From positions 9,114,001-9,178,000 of the forward strand of contig CM068761.1 of assembly GCA_035084275.1 (NCBI GenBank): a stretch of DNA of 64,000 nt, written 5' to 3'. The notes under the pieces were generated by a model, which was not told the DNA's origin, searched no databases, and worked only from the letters and a program-made list of their open reading frames with translations. Of this stretch, positions 13,101-28,100 are shown piece by piece. How positions within the stretch are numbered: position 1 is the stretch's first letter; each line of letters begins with the position of its first letter. This DNA is from Hydrolagus colliei (taxonomy: Eukaryota). Both the position numbers and the translations under genes were made by a program.

Positions 13101-16100
13101 TCATTTCCTCTCTGTTGTTCTGTGGTTACAATCTAGTAGATTGGTCCCTGCATCAAATGTCTGTTCCTTTGTGATAATGTTCCAAGATTATTGTTGACTG
13201 GTATGACATTTTGTTTTCTGCTGCCTGTTCTATGGTCTTTTTAATCCCATACTCAAGAATGTAGTCATTTGGTATAAGTTTGAGTAGCATTTGAGAGTGA
13301 GTGGACAACAACAAATTGTATTTATATAGCACCTTTCACATGGGGAGGACGTCCCAAGGCCCTGGACAGTGGTGTGCTTGAACTCAGGTTGAATGTTTGT
13401 TAAGAATGTGGTGGAGAAGGGAAGATGATCAAAGGCACTGTTGAAAAGGAAGGTCCTCAGAGGGGCCCTGAAGGAGAATGAGGTGTGGGGACAGGGTGTG
13501 CGGTGAGGTTGAGGGGCTCCCGGGTGGAGTTCCCGCGGTGGGGACGTAAAGGCTGAAGACTCGATCGCTGACAATGGAGCAGACAGGCTGGGGGCGTGGA
13601 CATTTATAGTTAGCAAAGAAAATATTTTGTTTTCACTCCTCTTCCTCCTCCCGTTCATTGAGCCTTGACAGCAGATCACAGATGTGATTGATCATGTTGT
13701 CAATCTCTACTTCCTAGTGCCCTCCAACTACACCGTCATGTACTAAGGTTATGTATATTAACAATGAGTGTCCTTTACGTTACTTAATGAAGCTTCATTC
13801 AAATAAAAGTTTGGGTCAGTTACTTTCACTCTTGGGGCTGGGTCAGCAGTGTTTTCAAGTCTCATATGAGTCATGAGGTCTTAAGTCTAGGCAGCATTGC
13901 AGTCTGTCAGTGGAGTCCCATGTATGACATTTATCACTGAGCAATAGTGGGTTTGATTGCGCACACACTGACTTGCTCCCCAAGTACTGGGATGCACTTA
14001 CACTGAAAGAAACCATGACTGTTTGTGGGACATTGCTGTGCATAATTTCGTCCACAAATTCACAATCAATTCACTTTACAATATGGTCGTCTCCACGGTG
14101 TAATTTCTGTTGTAACCAAAGTTTCACTAAAGTGCGGTGTATTATAATGGAGCTACACTGTATTATGTATTAAGTGATGTAGGGGAAACTCATGCACTCA
14201 TTTCACCAGTGAAAACAAAACATTTTGGGTCGTTCTCATGAAAGGCACGACATTGTATAATTGTAAATATGTATTGTAAATAGACATTTGTTTTACAGCC
14301 CACTGTATAATTTCAAACATCAGATCCTTCAGTATGTCTTACACTTAGCACTGTGTACCACTTTGGTTATCAGAGATAAATAAATAGATTGATAGAAATG
14401 TGCTGGTGCGTATCCTTCAGTGGCTCCTTTCCCAGAGGCCTATGTGGTCTATCTGGACACAACTCTTATATTGGTGTGGAAACGAAGGAGAAATGGGTTC
14501 CTCTGTAGACCTCATGTATTCCATTCCAACAAGGAGTCCTGAAGCTTAGTGGTTAGAGCACTCGTCTTGCAAGTGAGAGGACCTAAATTGTGTTCCCGGT
14601 GGGGGCAAATAGTTGGGCAAGTTTCCTTACTCCACAAGTCTCTTTTTATCTAGTAGTAAGTAGGTTCTGTCGATATGGAAATTTTGCGATTTAAATATAT
14701 CGATGGGCTCATATTGAGATATACCGAAATATCGATATTTGGGGGGTTTTCGTACTGCGCACGCATTCGGGGCCTATCTCCTCAGAAGGTAAATATCTTT
14801 CTCTCTCTGTGTCTCTCACTCTCTCCATCTCTGTGTTTTTCTGTCTGTGTGTTTCTGTGTCTCTCTCCCTCTCTCCTCTCTCACATCCCCCCCATCTCTA
14901 TCTATCTGTATATTATCACATCCACCCCGTCTCTCCCCCCCCGCCCGCCGTCCCTCTCTCGCACCCCCCACCCCCGTCGTCTCTCCCCCACCATCCCCCC
15001 AGCCATCTCTTTCCCCATCCCCCCCCGCCGGCTCTCTCCCCGCCCAGCCGTCTCTCTCCCCCTCCCTCCAGCCGTCTCTCTCTCCCTCACCCCAGCCGTC
15101 TCTCTCTCCCTCACCCCAGCCGTCTCTCTCCCCCTCCCCCCAGCCGTCTCTCTCCCCCTCTCCCCACCTCCTCAGCCGTCTCTCTCCCCCTCCCCGCAGC
15201 CGTCTCTCTCCCCCTCTCCCCCTCTCCGCCCCCCCTCAGCCGTCTCTCTCCCCCTCCCCCCAGCCATCTCTCCCCCTCCCCCCAGCCTTCTCTCTCCCTC
15301 TTCCCCCAGCCGTCTCTCTCCCCCTCCCCCCAGCCGTCTCTCTCCCCCTCCCCCCAGCCGTCTCTCTCCCCCTCTCCCCACCTCCTCAGCTGTCTCTCTC
15401 CCCCTCCCCGCAGCCGTCTCTCTCCCCCTCTCCCCACCTCCTCAGCTGTCTCTCTCCCCCTCCCCCCAGCCGTCTCTCTCCCCCTCTCCCCACCTCCTCA
15501 GCTGTCTCTCTCCCCCTCCCCCCAGCCGTCTCTCTCTCCCTTCCCCTCCCCCCAGCCGTCTCTCTCTCCCTTCCCCCCCCATTCCCCCCCCATTCCCCCC
15601 CCCAGCCGTCTCTCTCTCCCCCTCCCCCCAGCCGTCTCTCTCCCCCTCCCCCCAGCCGTCTCTCCCCCCCCCCCGCCACCCCTTGCATACCTGTATATTG
15701 TATTCGAGGACTATGAATACAATATGGCGGTTTTGCACCTTGGTCTGTGCATTATGTATAGAGATGAGCATTCTGGGTCTTGTAGTTCAGTGTGCTCACA
15801 TCCCGATTTTTTAGCTCGATATAACGATTTTCCGATATATCGAAATTTTTTAAATGCCTATATCGGCATAGCAATCTGAAAATCCTTGCATTTGATAAAT
15901 TTTGCGCTAGTAGTAAGTAGCAACCTGGTTGTTAGTCGATTGGCAGAATGCTTTTCTTGGGGGAATATTTCCTTAAAAATATATATATTTTGGTCACTTA
16001 AATCCACGATTGTGGAACACTGCTGTGTGCAAATGGATATAGCATTTCTCCTACAAACATGCAGTCAATTCACTTTACAGTATATTCTGTGAAGGCTTTG

Positions 16101-19100
16101 AGTCTAGAAGACGCAAAATTTATCAAATGCAAGGATTATTATCATAAGACGCTATATCAATTGCAAGGATTATTTTTATTTTTAGCGTTCGTCAATCTTT
16201 CTTTTTGTCTTAATCATTTTCTTCCCTTTCAGTGACCTTGTGAGTGTTGCTTGCGAGGAGCGGACACTATCAGTATTCTCAACCAGTGGCCGACGGCTGC
16301 TGCCCGCTATCCTCCTCGGATCACCCATCTCCACATTACACTGTGCAAGTCACTTTGTGATGGCTCTCATGGCTACCGCAACACTTTCTGTCTGGTAAGT
16401 GGTCATTGCTGTTGGGGAAGAATTCTTTGTAGAGCAAAATGATACCCCTCTAACATAGATTGCTTACACAGAGAAGTGATAGTTGGTAAGTTCCAAGGAG
16501 ATATATAAAAGCACGATGAACCTCAAATAGGAGAAGAGCTTAATTGTTTCTTTCTTTTTCTAGGGATGCAAAAAAGTTGACCGTGCTAGTCAAAGACGAG
16601 TCACTAATCACAATATTATCAGGTACTGACTTTTGTTTATTGTTTTGGTCATAAAGTGGAGAATTAGAAAATTCTGACAATGTTCTGGGCTGATGTGGCC
16701 CAGGGTTTCAGTTTCACTCAGACTGTCAGCAGGTGTGTTCCATGTCCATTTGTGATGCCTTCTAGGCTAATGCCACGAGGACTGAATTTAAAGGCAGTTA
16801 GTTCTCTTTGATGGGATGGAATTAAAACAGCTCTTGAAACAATTTGTATATAACTCTCTTATATAGAGTTCCCAAAAGTGATATCTAGCCTATTTTTAAA
16901 AAAAATCATAATTTCTTTAAGACTTTTTGGACATTGATATGATATCATGACTTTTTGGTCACCCTGTACTGTTAATTTTTCTCTTGAATTTGCTGAATCA
17001 CAAACTCGATAATCTATGTGTAAAGAATTGAAATCTGAGTTGTCTCTTTGCCATCTCTCTGATTTTGAGTCCATGGTCCCTTCTTGCAGTTTTTGTGACT
17101 ATATAAGATGTTTAGTCTATCTATACTCTGATCTATGCCAATGGTTCTTTCCCTGGTTCAGATATATGTGGGAAAATAACGTTCCTTACTTGAAACCATC
17201 TGTTGGTTTTAGTACTGCAGGAAATAAAACTATAATTCTCCCAAAGTGAAGGATATGAGCTTTTGTATGAATTCCAGGGGAAAGCTGCTCAGAATGATAG
17301 ACTGGGTGTTAGGGCACAATGCTGCGTAATACAAATGCATTCAGCAGTACATAACCGTAACCTTATGTTTTAACCTTAGCTACCTCTTTACCTCTTTACA
17401 CAGACATGCAGCTTTTACAATACCCCATTTATAAAGTGATTTCCTGTTACTTTAAACTGTTTTAGTTTAAGTTTTAGAAAATAAAATGAAGGGTGATTGA
17501 GCCTGTCCAGCTGTTTGTCCACTGCACCTGATTCATACTGACACTGTCCTCTACATTTAAAAATAAAACAAATATGCTGTGTTTTTCTCACTGCAGTTCT
17601 CAGTTCCTCATTGTAATTTCCTGTGCATCTGTTTCCGAGGAGCCAGATCAAGCTTGGAGTAAACAAATGCTTTTCCTTTGCGTCATTGCCAGTTGGCAGG
17701 CATGCAAATTACTAACATTTAGATGAGGCATTCTGTTGTTTCATGTTCTCTTCCCCCACCCCCTCTCTCCCACAACAACCACACCCCCTAACATGGCTCA
17801 AGCAGTCAAAATAATCAGCTTGAGTAATTTCCCAAAGGTAATGGCATTTCTTTATCACAATCTTTAAAAAACCTTTGCTGGAGACAGATCCTCTACTTAA
17901 CTGAAGCAGGAGAGGCCTGGTATCATAATTTAAAAATGAACAGTAAAAAATATACTCCAAAATTACCTATGTTTCTTTTTGGGAATTAAAAAATAATTAT
18001 AATGGTCTTTAACAGTGCCATTTACATGTGTCAGCCCAGGTCAGTTGGTGGAACTCTTTTCTCTGAGTCAGAAGATGGCGAGTTTAAGACCCACACTAGA
18101 CTTGGAATCCATGCAGTCTATGCTGACACTTCAACAAAGCTGCTGCATTGCTAAAGTTGCCACCCTTTAAGTGAAACATTAAACCAGGTCCTATCTGCCT
18201 GTCCAGTAGGCAAAGATCCCATAGCACAATTTGGAAAGTCAAAAGAACTTTCTTGTGTTGTTCCCGGCAACAATTCCCCAAATAAAATAATCGGTCACTC
18301 CCTCCATGGCTGTTTGTGTTGTGGATAAATTAGCTGTGATGTTTGCCCGGAAAATAAACCAAGCTAAATCACAGCATTATCCATACGCTTTGAGATGCCT
18401 CAACGACATAATAAATCACTGTATCAAACACAAGGATTATTATCTAATCTATAGACATCTCTGATCTGGTGCCTTTTGTTCACAGGTAACGACATCACTA
18501 TCACTCAGTCGCTGCTCACACATCACGGTGTTCCAGTTGTCACGCTGTCCAATGGGAAGTCGTACTGCTTCAACACCTCACTCTGCACATGGTAAGCAGC
18601 GAGGGCCAGGGCTGTTCCCAACCTGAACCAAGTCTTGTGTTGTACAAAAGGGCAAGTTTCCCTTCTCGGAATTCCCTGATTGTATTGTACTGTGTACTGA
18701 AAACGGCACCAAACAATTGATTCAAAAGCAAATGACGCCGGAGGCCATCTGCTGACATCAGGTTAATACAAAATTACATTTGTAGAGCGACTTTCACATC
18801 GGGAGGATGTCCCAAGGCACTGAAGCCAGAGTTTTAGTAGCATATCAATTCCCACCACTGCTGTATGTATGCAGTCAAGCAAATTGCTCCAGGCTTCACG
18901 CAGAAACATTATTAAAAAGCCAACAGCTATTTAATAATATTGGGAAAACAAACAAGTGCTGACTAGCAAGCTCTGGCTATTTACAAGTCTGCTCTTCCCC
19001 ATTGCGATTCTGAAGGGTGAGGGGGAGTATGAATCAGGCTTCCTGCCAGTAACTGCTTTACAGTTCAAAGCAGTTTGTATCAAAAGGGCATTAAAGAATT

Positions 19101-22100
19101 ATGAAAGCCATATATAAATGGTTAATGCAAGTGGACCTGTGGTAATTGGGTCGGACATTATTATCACATGACTTTGCTATACATTAGCAAATTGTTACAT
19201 TTATTTATCCTTTCTAAGAGTATGAAATTCGGTGAGTATGTTTTATGTAATGAGTTTGTACCAGGACTCTATGCTTTACTGAAAAATGAATTGTATTGAT
19301 CAATGAGAATAGTAGCATAATGTATCACATGATTCATGAGAACTTGCGACTCTCAATTCCTTTCCTGGCCCGAGTCATGTGCCTTCCAATTTCATTATTC
19401 AGTGAAGCATCGTACAAACCCATTATTAACAGTTATATCTTTATTATAACTTTGTTTAATCACTTTGAAATGTGATTAATCTGGGACAGTTTGCCGTAAC
19501 AAACGATTCACTGCAATATGGTTGAGTTGTAATTGTAGTCAGTGTGGATTCAGTCTACCTATGGCACACATTGTAAGTAGTTCTGTAGCTCAGTGGTTAG
19601 AATACATGCCACATAAGAGAGAGAGAGACTTGGATTTGATACCCAGCAGGGTAAAACCCTGGACAAGTTTCCTTACTCCACACACCTGATAATAATCGCT
19701 CAAGAAAAAACACAATAATAATTTGGTCACTTCAATCCACCACTGTTTGTGGGGCATTGCTGTGCGCAACTGGCTCCAGCGTTTCGCTCCCAAAATATAT
19801 AATCAATTCATTTTACAGTATAATCTGTGATGCACTTTGAGACATCTAGAAGCCATGAAAAGTACTATATGAAATACAAGGATTATTATTATTACTTATG
19901 TAGTCGAAAACGTCTGGTTATATTTTTATTTTGGGTCATATTGAGAATATATATTTTCAATTGGTTGATCTGGGTTTTAACATGGGCCAGTTGAAAAGTG
20001 TGGAAATATTAGCCCCCAAATTACAGGGAAATTTGACAAATTTAGCTGAAAACTGCAGGCTTTTCATTGGTGCTGTTGAGGTACATTTTGCTGCCAAGAT
20101 ATATTTTTTCACTTTGTTGATTTAAAAACTAAACAACAAATAATTTTTTTTTAAACGCACTTCCTCTTTAACAAAACTAGGTGTCCCATTTATGGGGGGG
20201 GAGGGGGAAGATCGAGTGGGGGACAGGACACCATTACAGACCCTGGAGATAGCTAAAAACAATGTCCTGACTGTGCTCACCACCCACTGCCTCAAATGGC
20301 CCAGCAACGCACACAGAGCCAGACACCCAGAGAGAAAGAGAGATATACACAGAGAGAGACACATGCATTCACAGAGACACATATCCTCAGAGAGACACAC
20401 ACTCATAGATTGTATATACACACACATAAAGGGATTCACATAGAGACATTCATAAATGCACACAGCCACACTCACAAGCACAGTGGGGAGAGAGAGAGAG
20501 ACCCACACACTCAGATTCCATGGCAAAATCGCGGCTGCACTTTTCTGTTGGTGCAAGTTATTAGTGCTTATAACCACCAATGGATTAAAATGTTGCTTAC
20601 AGATTTCTGATTTTTTAAAATTGGATTTTCAATGAAAACTGAGTGAGGGATTAATATTTTAAATAGATGTTGTAACTGTAGCACCTAGTGATTAAGATAG
20701 TTTGAAGTTTTGAAATTGAATAAACTCTGTCATCAGTGAGTAGATGATTTGTACCCGTCTATCACTTTGTAGATTTCTCACTAAATAATCGTTGTGTTAG
20801 TGTAATTTTGTTATTTTGTTTCACGCACAAAATATACAGTCACTACACTTTATTGTGTGAAACACTTTGAGAGGTCTTGAAGATGTACAAAGGCGCTGGA
20901 TCAAATGCAATAATAATACTAATAAATAATAATAAGAAGCATCGTCCTTGCATTTGATATAGCACTTTTCACATCTTGTAAATGCCTTGAAGCGCTTCAC
21001 AGAATATATTGTAAAGTGAATTGACTGTATATTCATAGGCGAAACGCGGCAGCCAATTGCGCACAGCAGTGTTCCACAAACAGTCATGAAAAATGATCAA
21101 TTATATTTTTGAGGGATTATTATCAGGCATGTGGAGTAATAAAATGTATAACAATTACTGTAACAGTATCCCATATGCATCTCTGTTATTACGTTTCTCA
21201 CACACATATATGAGCTAAATGTTTTAAAGACTTGTACAAGCATTTTTAATTTAAAAAAACTTCTATCCCACACCGATTAAAGTACCAGCATACATGTTTA
21301 GTGGGGGATAACAATATCTGTGTTATATTCAGTTAAACATCTTTTGATGTTTGATTGGATAATTCAACTCAGTGTCTTTGTTGTCAAATCCACTAAATTT
21401 CATATTGCATGATAAAATGTTTCAACCGCACCTTAAGTCACCTTCTTATTCCTAACTTCCACCCCTGTCCAGGTCCAAATTCCTGATAGTCCAGTGCTTT
21501 GGGATGTCTTCCCGACATGAAAGATGCTCTACAAATGTCAATTGTTATTGTTGTTTTAGTAGCCATTCTAATTATTCAATAAAGCACTGCTAGAGTGGCG
21601 TACACATATATGGCTAATAGTAATGATATTTTGGATAACTCGGCAACTGTGATAAGTCATCATTTGAACTATATCCCTTAGGGTGATGAGTTTCACTGTA
21701 CAGTCAGTCTCGTTTTTCACAAAGTAGAAAACTACTCGTGTTTGATATATGAAACATTGGATATCAAAGATCAGTAATATTGTCACCTTGTAAATGCAAG
21801 GTTTGTAATTATATTATTATTAACAGTTGTAAGCTTACGTCCATGTTTATTGTTGTTCACTATGGATTGCAGGCTGTCTTTTCTAGGATTTAAAATATTT
21901 TTTTCTCTACACTTTTTAATGTGGGTAATTCCACCCAGAATCTGATGAACTGAAATGGTCATGAAACTCTCTGATGACAGTTGACATTTGACTATTGAAC
22001 TATAACTGAGCCGGCTGCACTTTCAAATTGAGTAAACTGGCAGCTAGCGTTACAGAAATAGCCTTGATTTGATGTATTTTTGTCAGAGTGGTTTCAATTT

Positions 22101-25100
22101 ATACGTGGGAGTTCCCCTCAGTGTCAAAACAAATTAATCTGTGGCCAGCACGTTGCTGCTGCTTTTTAAAGATAACAAATTATCCAAACTTTGTTTTTTC
22201 TTTACTGCTCACAATATCAATGAATTGATATTCATTGAAATTCTGCATTTCGCCCACATGTCTACGGTCAATTCACTTTACAGTATGTTCTGTGAAGCGC
22301 TTTGAGACATATAGAAGCCATATCAAATGCAAGGATTATTATTATTAACGTGCTATAGCAGGTTTAACTGCACAGAAACCTGTTTCCATTGCCCTGCGAA
22401 CAAAAAATAAAAGATGTCTGACGACTGAATTGTATGCACAGATGACCTAGAGGTTGATTTTTAAAAAAAAGTACTTTGTGCAACTCTGTCAACGCAGAGT
22501 GTCCCAAAACAGCATCAATGCGATTGCCATTGATTTTTAATGTTTCAATGTCTTGGGACATCCTCCCAACATAAAAGGCACTCTAGAAATGTAATTTAGC
22601 TGTTTTTGTTGTATATGAGGGTTGTTTGATGTATATTATTTAATGTTGATAGATTCGTTAGCACTAATACATGAGCAACATGTAAAATAATTTTAAATAG
22701 TTTTGTCTTGTCACATCACTAGAGGTGAGGATTTAGCCAGGCCAGCTAAATTTTATAACTAGCTGATGGGACACACACTGTATCACCAATGAGGGACGGT
22801 CCTAGCTATCCATGTATACGTGAGTTCTGTTCATGAAACATTGATGTGAAGTGTCCCAAAACAGCATCAATGTGATTGCCAGTGATTTTGAATGTTATTG
22901 CTTTATGGATCAAGCCAATGCAACAAAGAAGATGGTCAACCAACCAGTGTATTGTGTGTGACAAAAGGCCATCTGTTGTTGCTGCTAGTTACCTGGCTTT
23001 TGTACAGTGTTTGACAATTTAACTGATAATAATCTTAATAATTAATATTTCATATTAATTAGCTGCTGCGTTTTGCCCACAATATATTTTACAGTACATT
23101 CTGTGAAGCGCTTAGAGACATTTAAAAGACATGGAAAGCGCTATATCAAATGCAAGGATTATTATTATTATCATTACATAGATTTCCGGATTGTCAAATT
23201 AACTGTAAATTTGCTTTCGGATCTTGGAATCCTGTTGCTCAGTGGTTGGAGCACTCACCACGCAAGCGAGAGACATGGGTTTGATTCATGGGAGGACGAA
23301 ATGTTGGGCCAGTTTCCTTATTCCACACACCTCTGTTCACCAATTGCCTGCTGTGTTTTGCCCACAAAATGTACAGTCAATTCACTTATAGTATATTCTG
23401 TGAAGCACTTTGAGATGTCTCAAAGATGTGATAAGGCGTTCTATCAAATGCAAGGATTATTAATATCTTTGTTTTTGTTTTTCAGGAATCTGATCTCGGA
23501 CAAACAAGACTCACTGGTTCAATGTGCAGATTACAGGAGCTGCTTAACATCTCAGGAGGCCATGTTGTGTTCAGGGCCACTGGCTACAGTACAGGGCTGT
23601 GGGATAAAGTAAGTGTAATCATCAGCAAGGTTTTTTTTTAATGACTCATTTATTCTCTCTGGTGTACAAAATACACGGTCACTACGCTTTACAGTAAATC
23701 CCGTGAAACGCTTTGAGACATTGTACTGATCTGAAAAGTGCTAAATCAAATGCAAGGAATATTTATCGATGTATTTGTTTATAATTATTTAATTGTTTAT
23801 TCTAGTTTCCTTGTTAAGAAATCCCTTCAAAAAGCCAGTTTTGCTACCTTGAATCAATCCAAATTGAAAGTAAATTTGATTGCCTGAAATGTGCTGTATG
23901 CAATTGTCTGCCACATTTTGCCTACAAAATATACAGTCTATTCACTTTACAGTATATTCTGTGAAGTGCTTTGAGACATCTAGAAGACAAGATAAGGCAT
24001 TATATCAAATGCAAGGATTCTTCTTCTTCTTAATACAGATGGATGTGTTTGTGATACTTAAAATAATAGTTAAATCACTTTGGTTTAGATATGGATGGTC
24101 TGGTGAGGCCAGTGCTGTGTATCGGAATTATTTGTATTTTGTGACTAACCGATGGCAATCTCTTGAGGCCTGTTGTGGTTTCTTGAGGACTGAGGAATAA
24201 TGAGTAAGTAATATCTAAAGAGTTGAATAATTGAGATGATTTTATTAGTTGTCTAGGTGTTTGATATTAATTTGGTGATCACAAGTTAAATTAATCATCC
24301 TATAAATAATCTGTTCATTGCTGTACACAGATTGACCACACATTTGCCTACAAAATGCATAATCACTCCACTTTACATTTTATCCAATGCAGTGGCACTT
24401 TGAGACCGTCTTCTGATGTAAAAGTCGTCATATCAAATGCAAGGATTATTATTTTATTAATGTAGTTAATTTATTTAATTAGATAATGGAAGTTGCAGCT
24501 GGATATATTATGGTCATTCGGATAACATTGCTGGTGCTGACAGGAACCGACAAGTCAAATTAACAATGCAGCCTGTGTATAAACAGGCATTTCCTCTTCT
24601 TTGCTTGCAATTTCTCTCTTCTTCTTTCTCCATCCCTCACAGGTATATGTGTCCGCATACACACTTGCGTGCTCGCGTATACATGCACACACACAAATAC
24701 AAGCAGGCAGTAAAATGAGGTTAAGAACCTATCTCACAGCCTCTGAACAAGTGATTCTATATAACAATCAAACTACTATATATATATAAATATATAATAT
24801 ATGTATGCAGTAAACCTCTGGGTATACAGAAGCTGGACCTGACCGGGCCTGAAACTAAAATTATTTCTAAACATTCAGCAGGCCGTGTGTGAAGGCTCAA
24901 CTCTCCTCGCACGTGTGGACATCACGAGGAGAGTCAGGCCAGCAGGAGTTTACTTCCCCCAGTGGTCCAACTAGCTGAGGTTTTAGTGTACTCTCTTTTT
25001 ATTAATATGAAAGCTCTGACAATGCAAGCAAAGTTGTCATCAACTTTGATTAAAAATCCACAAGTCGTGCAGTTCACAGCTAACCCTGCGAATGTGTGAG

Positions 25101-28100
25101 CAGTACCACCAAACATTAGAAATGGTGTTTAACTTTGACTTAGCATTAGGAAATACAACAATAAAATTACATTTGTATTAGCGCCTTTCACGTCAGGAGG
25201 ATGTCCCAAGACGCTGGACAGCGACTGTTTCAGACCCGAGCTGAGGTCGGGGACGGGCAGGGTGGAGGAAAAGGTGGGGATTTGGGGTGACCGACGAGAC
25301 TGTCGAAGAGGAGGGTCTTGAGGCGGGATTTGAAGGAGGCCAGGGAGGGGACGAGGTGGAGGGACTGCAGGATGGAGTTCCAGAGGTTGGGGGCAAGGTG
25401 GCTGAAGGCTAACCCGCCAATGGTGGAGTGGTTGGGTCAGTGGAGCAGGCCGGTGCCTGCTAACCGGAATGGGTGGGCAGGTTGTTAGTGGATTAGGAGG
25501 TCGCAGAGGTAGGATGGGGCGAAACCATGCAGGGCTTTGAATGTGAGGAATAGGATCTTGAATTGGATCCTCTGGGTGATGGGGAGCCAATGGAGTCGGG
25601 TGAGGATGGGGGAGATGGGGTCAAGAAACTTGGAGCGGTAGAGGACATGAGCCGCAGAGTTCTGGATTATTTGCAACCTGTTTAAGGAAGGAATTGGGAA
25701 GGCTGGAAATCAAGGCATTGGAATAATCGAGCTGGGATGTGATGAAGGAGTGAATGAGGTTTTCAGCATCCTGGGAGTGAGGTAATGGTGGAGTCGGGTA
25801 ATATTGCGGAGGTGAGGGAAGGCAGAGTGGGTCATGGCTTGGATGTGGGGGAGGAAAGACAGTTGAAGATCAAACAAGACACCTAGGTTCCTAAGTGGCT
25901 TGGTGAGGTTGAGTGTGCAACCATGGAGGTGTGAAGGCACTAACGTGAAGGCGCTGGCGCGAGCCAATCAGGAGGGCCTCAGCCTTGTTGGCATTCAACT
26001 GTAGAAAGATAAGTCTCATCCAGGACTTAATGTCTGATAGGCAGGATGTTATGACAGCAGTGGTCCTGAAGTCAAGCGTAGAGGCAGAGATAGAGTTGGG
26101 TGTCATCCGCATATGTGTGGAAGTTGACCAATATGTCTGCGGATGATGTCACCAACATGAAGATGTTAAAAAGTAGGGGGCCAAGGAAGAGCCCTGGGGA
26201 CATCACAGATAACAGTGCGGAGGTTGGAAGAGAAGCAATATACCAAAATACCAGAAGCAAATATAGATATTTTCAGAACCAATTCATAATAAACAGGTCT
26301 ACGCTTCAGGGATCCTCACTTAAAAATTATAAATGAAGTGTCCAAGTGAAATAAAAGAAAACCGTTATTGTAGTGGGGCTGCGTGTGCAGCTAGATGCTG
26401 CCTCTAGCACAATAAATTGGTATCTAATTTTTGATCGGAGCCCTCCGATCTGGAGTATTACAGTATAAATTGACTAACACCATATCTTATTGATTATAAT
26501 TATATGATAATCCTAGCATTTGATAGTGCTTTTCTCATCTTCTAGATTTGCAGAATATATATTAAATGAATTGACTGTATATTTGTGGGCAAAATGTGGC
26601 AGCCAATTGTGCATGGCAGTGTATCACAAACAATTGGATTGAGTGACCAATTTGTTTGGAGAGGGATTACTATCAGGCATGTGGAATAGGATAACTTGAT
26701 TTCACCCTGCCAGGAATCGAACTTGCGAGGCAAGTGCTCTAAACACTGAGCTACAGGACTCCCCAAATTTTAGTTATCAATTTTCCTAACTGTTTTGTAT
26801 TATAGGTAGCAAGCGGACACCTGCCACTCCTGTGTTTTTTACTTTCTGCTGAATCTGACTAAAGGAGTGAGTTTCAGACAAATACTTAATCTGTAATAGC
26901 AACAAATAAATTATTTGGTCTATTCAAATTTCAATGCTGTCAATTCCTGTTATGGCCCACAAGAGGGAGACCCTCGTCTGCATTCAGTAAGAATCTCATC
27001 TATAACACAAATTAATCCTTTTCTAGCCTGTTGGTTTAGTGCTCATGTCTCATATCCTGTTTCTTTCTTATAATAGGAATTGAGATTTGCCACCACAGTA
27101 AGAGTCCAGTAGAGGGCAGTAATTCACCATATTACATCCAAACAATATAGAAAACATGTATACTGGGTTAATATATATATAATATATGTATATACTAGGG
27201 AACGGCGATATGGGAATTTTCCGGATATGGATATATCGGTTGGCTCATACCGAGATATACCGAAATATCGATATTTTCAGTTTTTTCGTACTGCGCATGC
27301 GCGCGCGCATTGGGGTGCGCGCGCATTCCGGGCCTATCTTCTCAGGATGTAAATATCTTTCTCTCTCTGTGTCTCTCACTCTCTCCATCTCTGTGTTTTT
27401 CTGTCTGTGTCTCTCTATGTCTCTCTCCCTCTCTCCTCTCTCACATACCCCCCCATCTCTACATATCTGTATATTATCACATCCACCCCGTCTCTCCTCC
27501 CCCCCCCACCCCCCGTCCCTCTTTCGCACCCCCCACCACCCCCCCAGCCGTCTCTTTCTCCCTCCCCCCCCCCCCCCGCCGTCTCTTTCTCCCTCCCCCC
27601 CCAGCCGTCTCTCTCCCCCTCTCCTTCCCCCCCCGCCGTCTCTCTCTCCCTCCCCCCCCCAGCCGTCTCTCTCCCCCTCTCCTCCCCCAGCCGTCTCTCT
27701 CCCCCTCTCCTCCCCCCCCTCCAGCTGTCTCTCTCCCCTTCTCCCCCCCCCCCCAGCCGTCTCTCTCCCCCTCTCCCCCCCAGCCATCTCTCTCCCCCTC
27801 TCCCCCCCAGCCATCTCTCTCCCCCTCTCCCCCACAGCCGTCTCTCTCCCCCTCTCCCCCCCACCCAGCCATCTCTCTCCCCCTCTCCCCCCCAGCCATC
27901 TCTCTCCCCCTCTCCCCCACAGCCGTCTCTCTCCCCCTCTCCCCCCCACCCAGCCGTCTCTCTCCCCCTCCCCCCCCCCCCCCCAGCCGTCTATCTCCCC
28001 CTCCCCCCAGCCGTCTCTCTCCCCCTCTCCTCCTCCCCCCAGCCGTCTCTCTCCCCCTCTCCCCCCCCCAGCCGTCTCTCCCCCTCTCCTCCCCCCCCCC

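Noticed and set aside
14675-15879. Long Pro/Ser/Leu-rich and Gly/Glu/Arg-rich ORFs (also 27186-28439, 35009-35896)
   Set aside because: They are translations of the hAT-internal minisatellite, open in several frames on both strands because the repeat lacks stop codons.
20190-20560. Fifth copy of the hAT family, or a coding exon
   Set aside because: Only GA/CA-rich low complexity is shared; no TAGGG TIR, subterminal CGATAT array or TSD found.
22499-22895. About 45-bp direct repeat (22499-22543 and 22851-22895), and a 39-bp-period duplication at 10093-10148
   Set aside because: Diverged local duplications without termini, motifs or coding signal.
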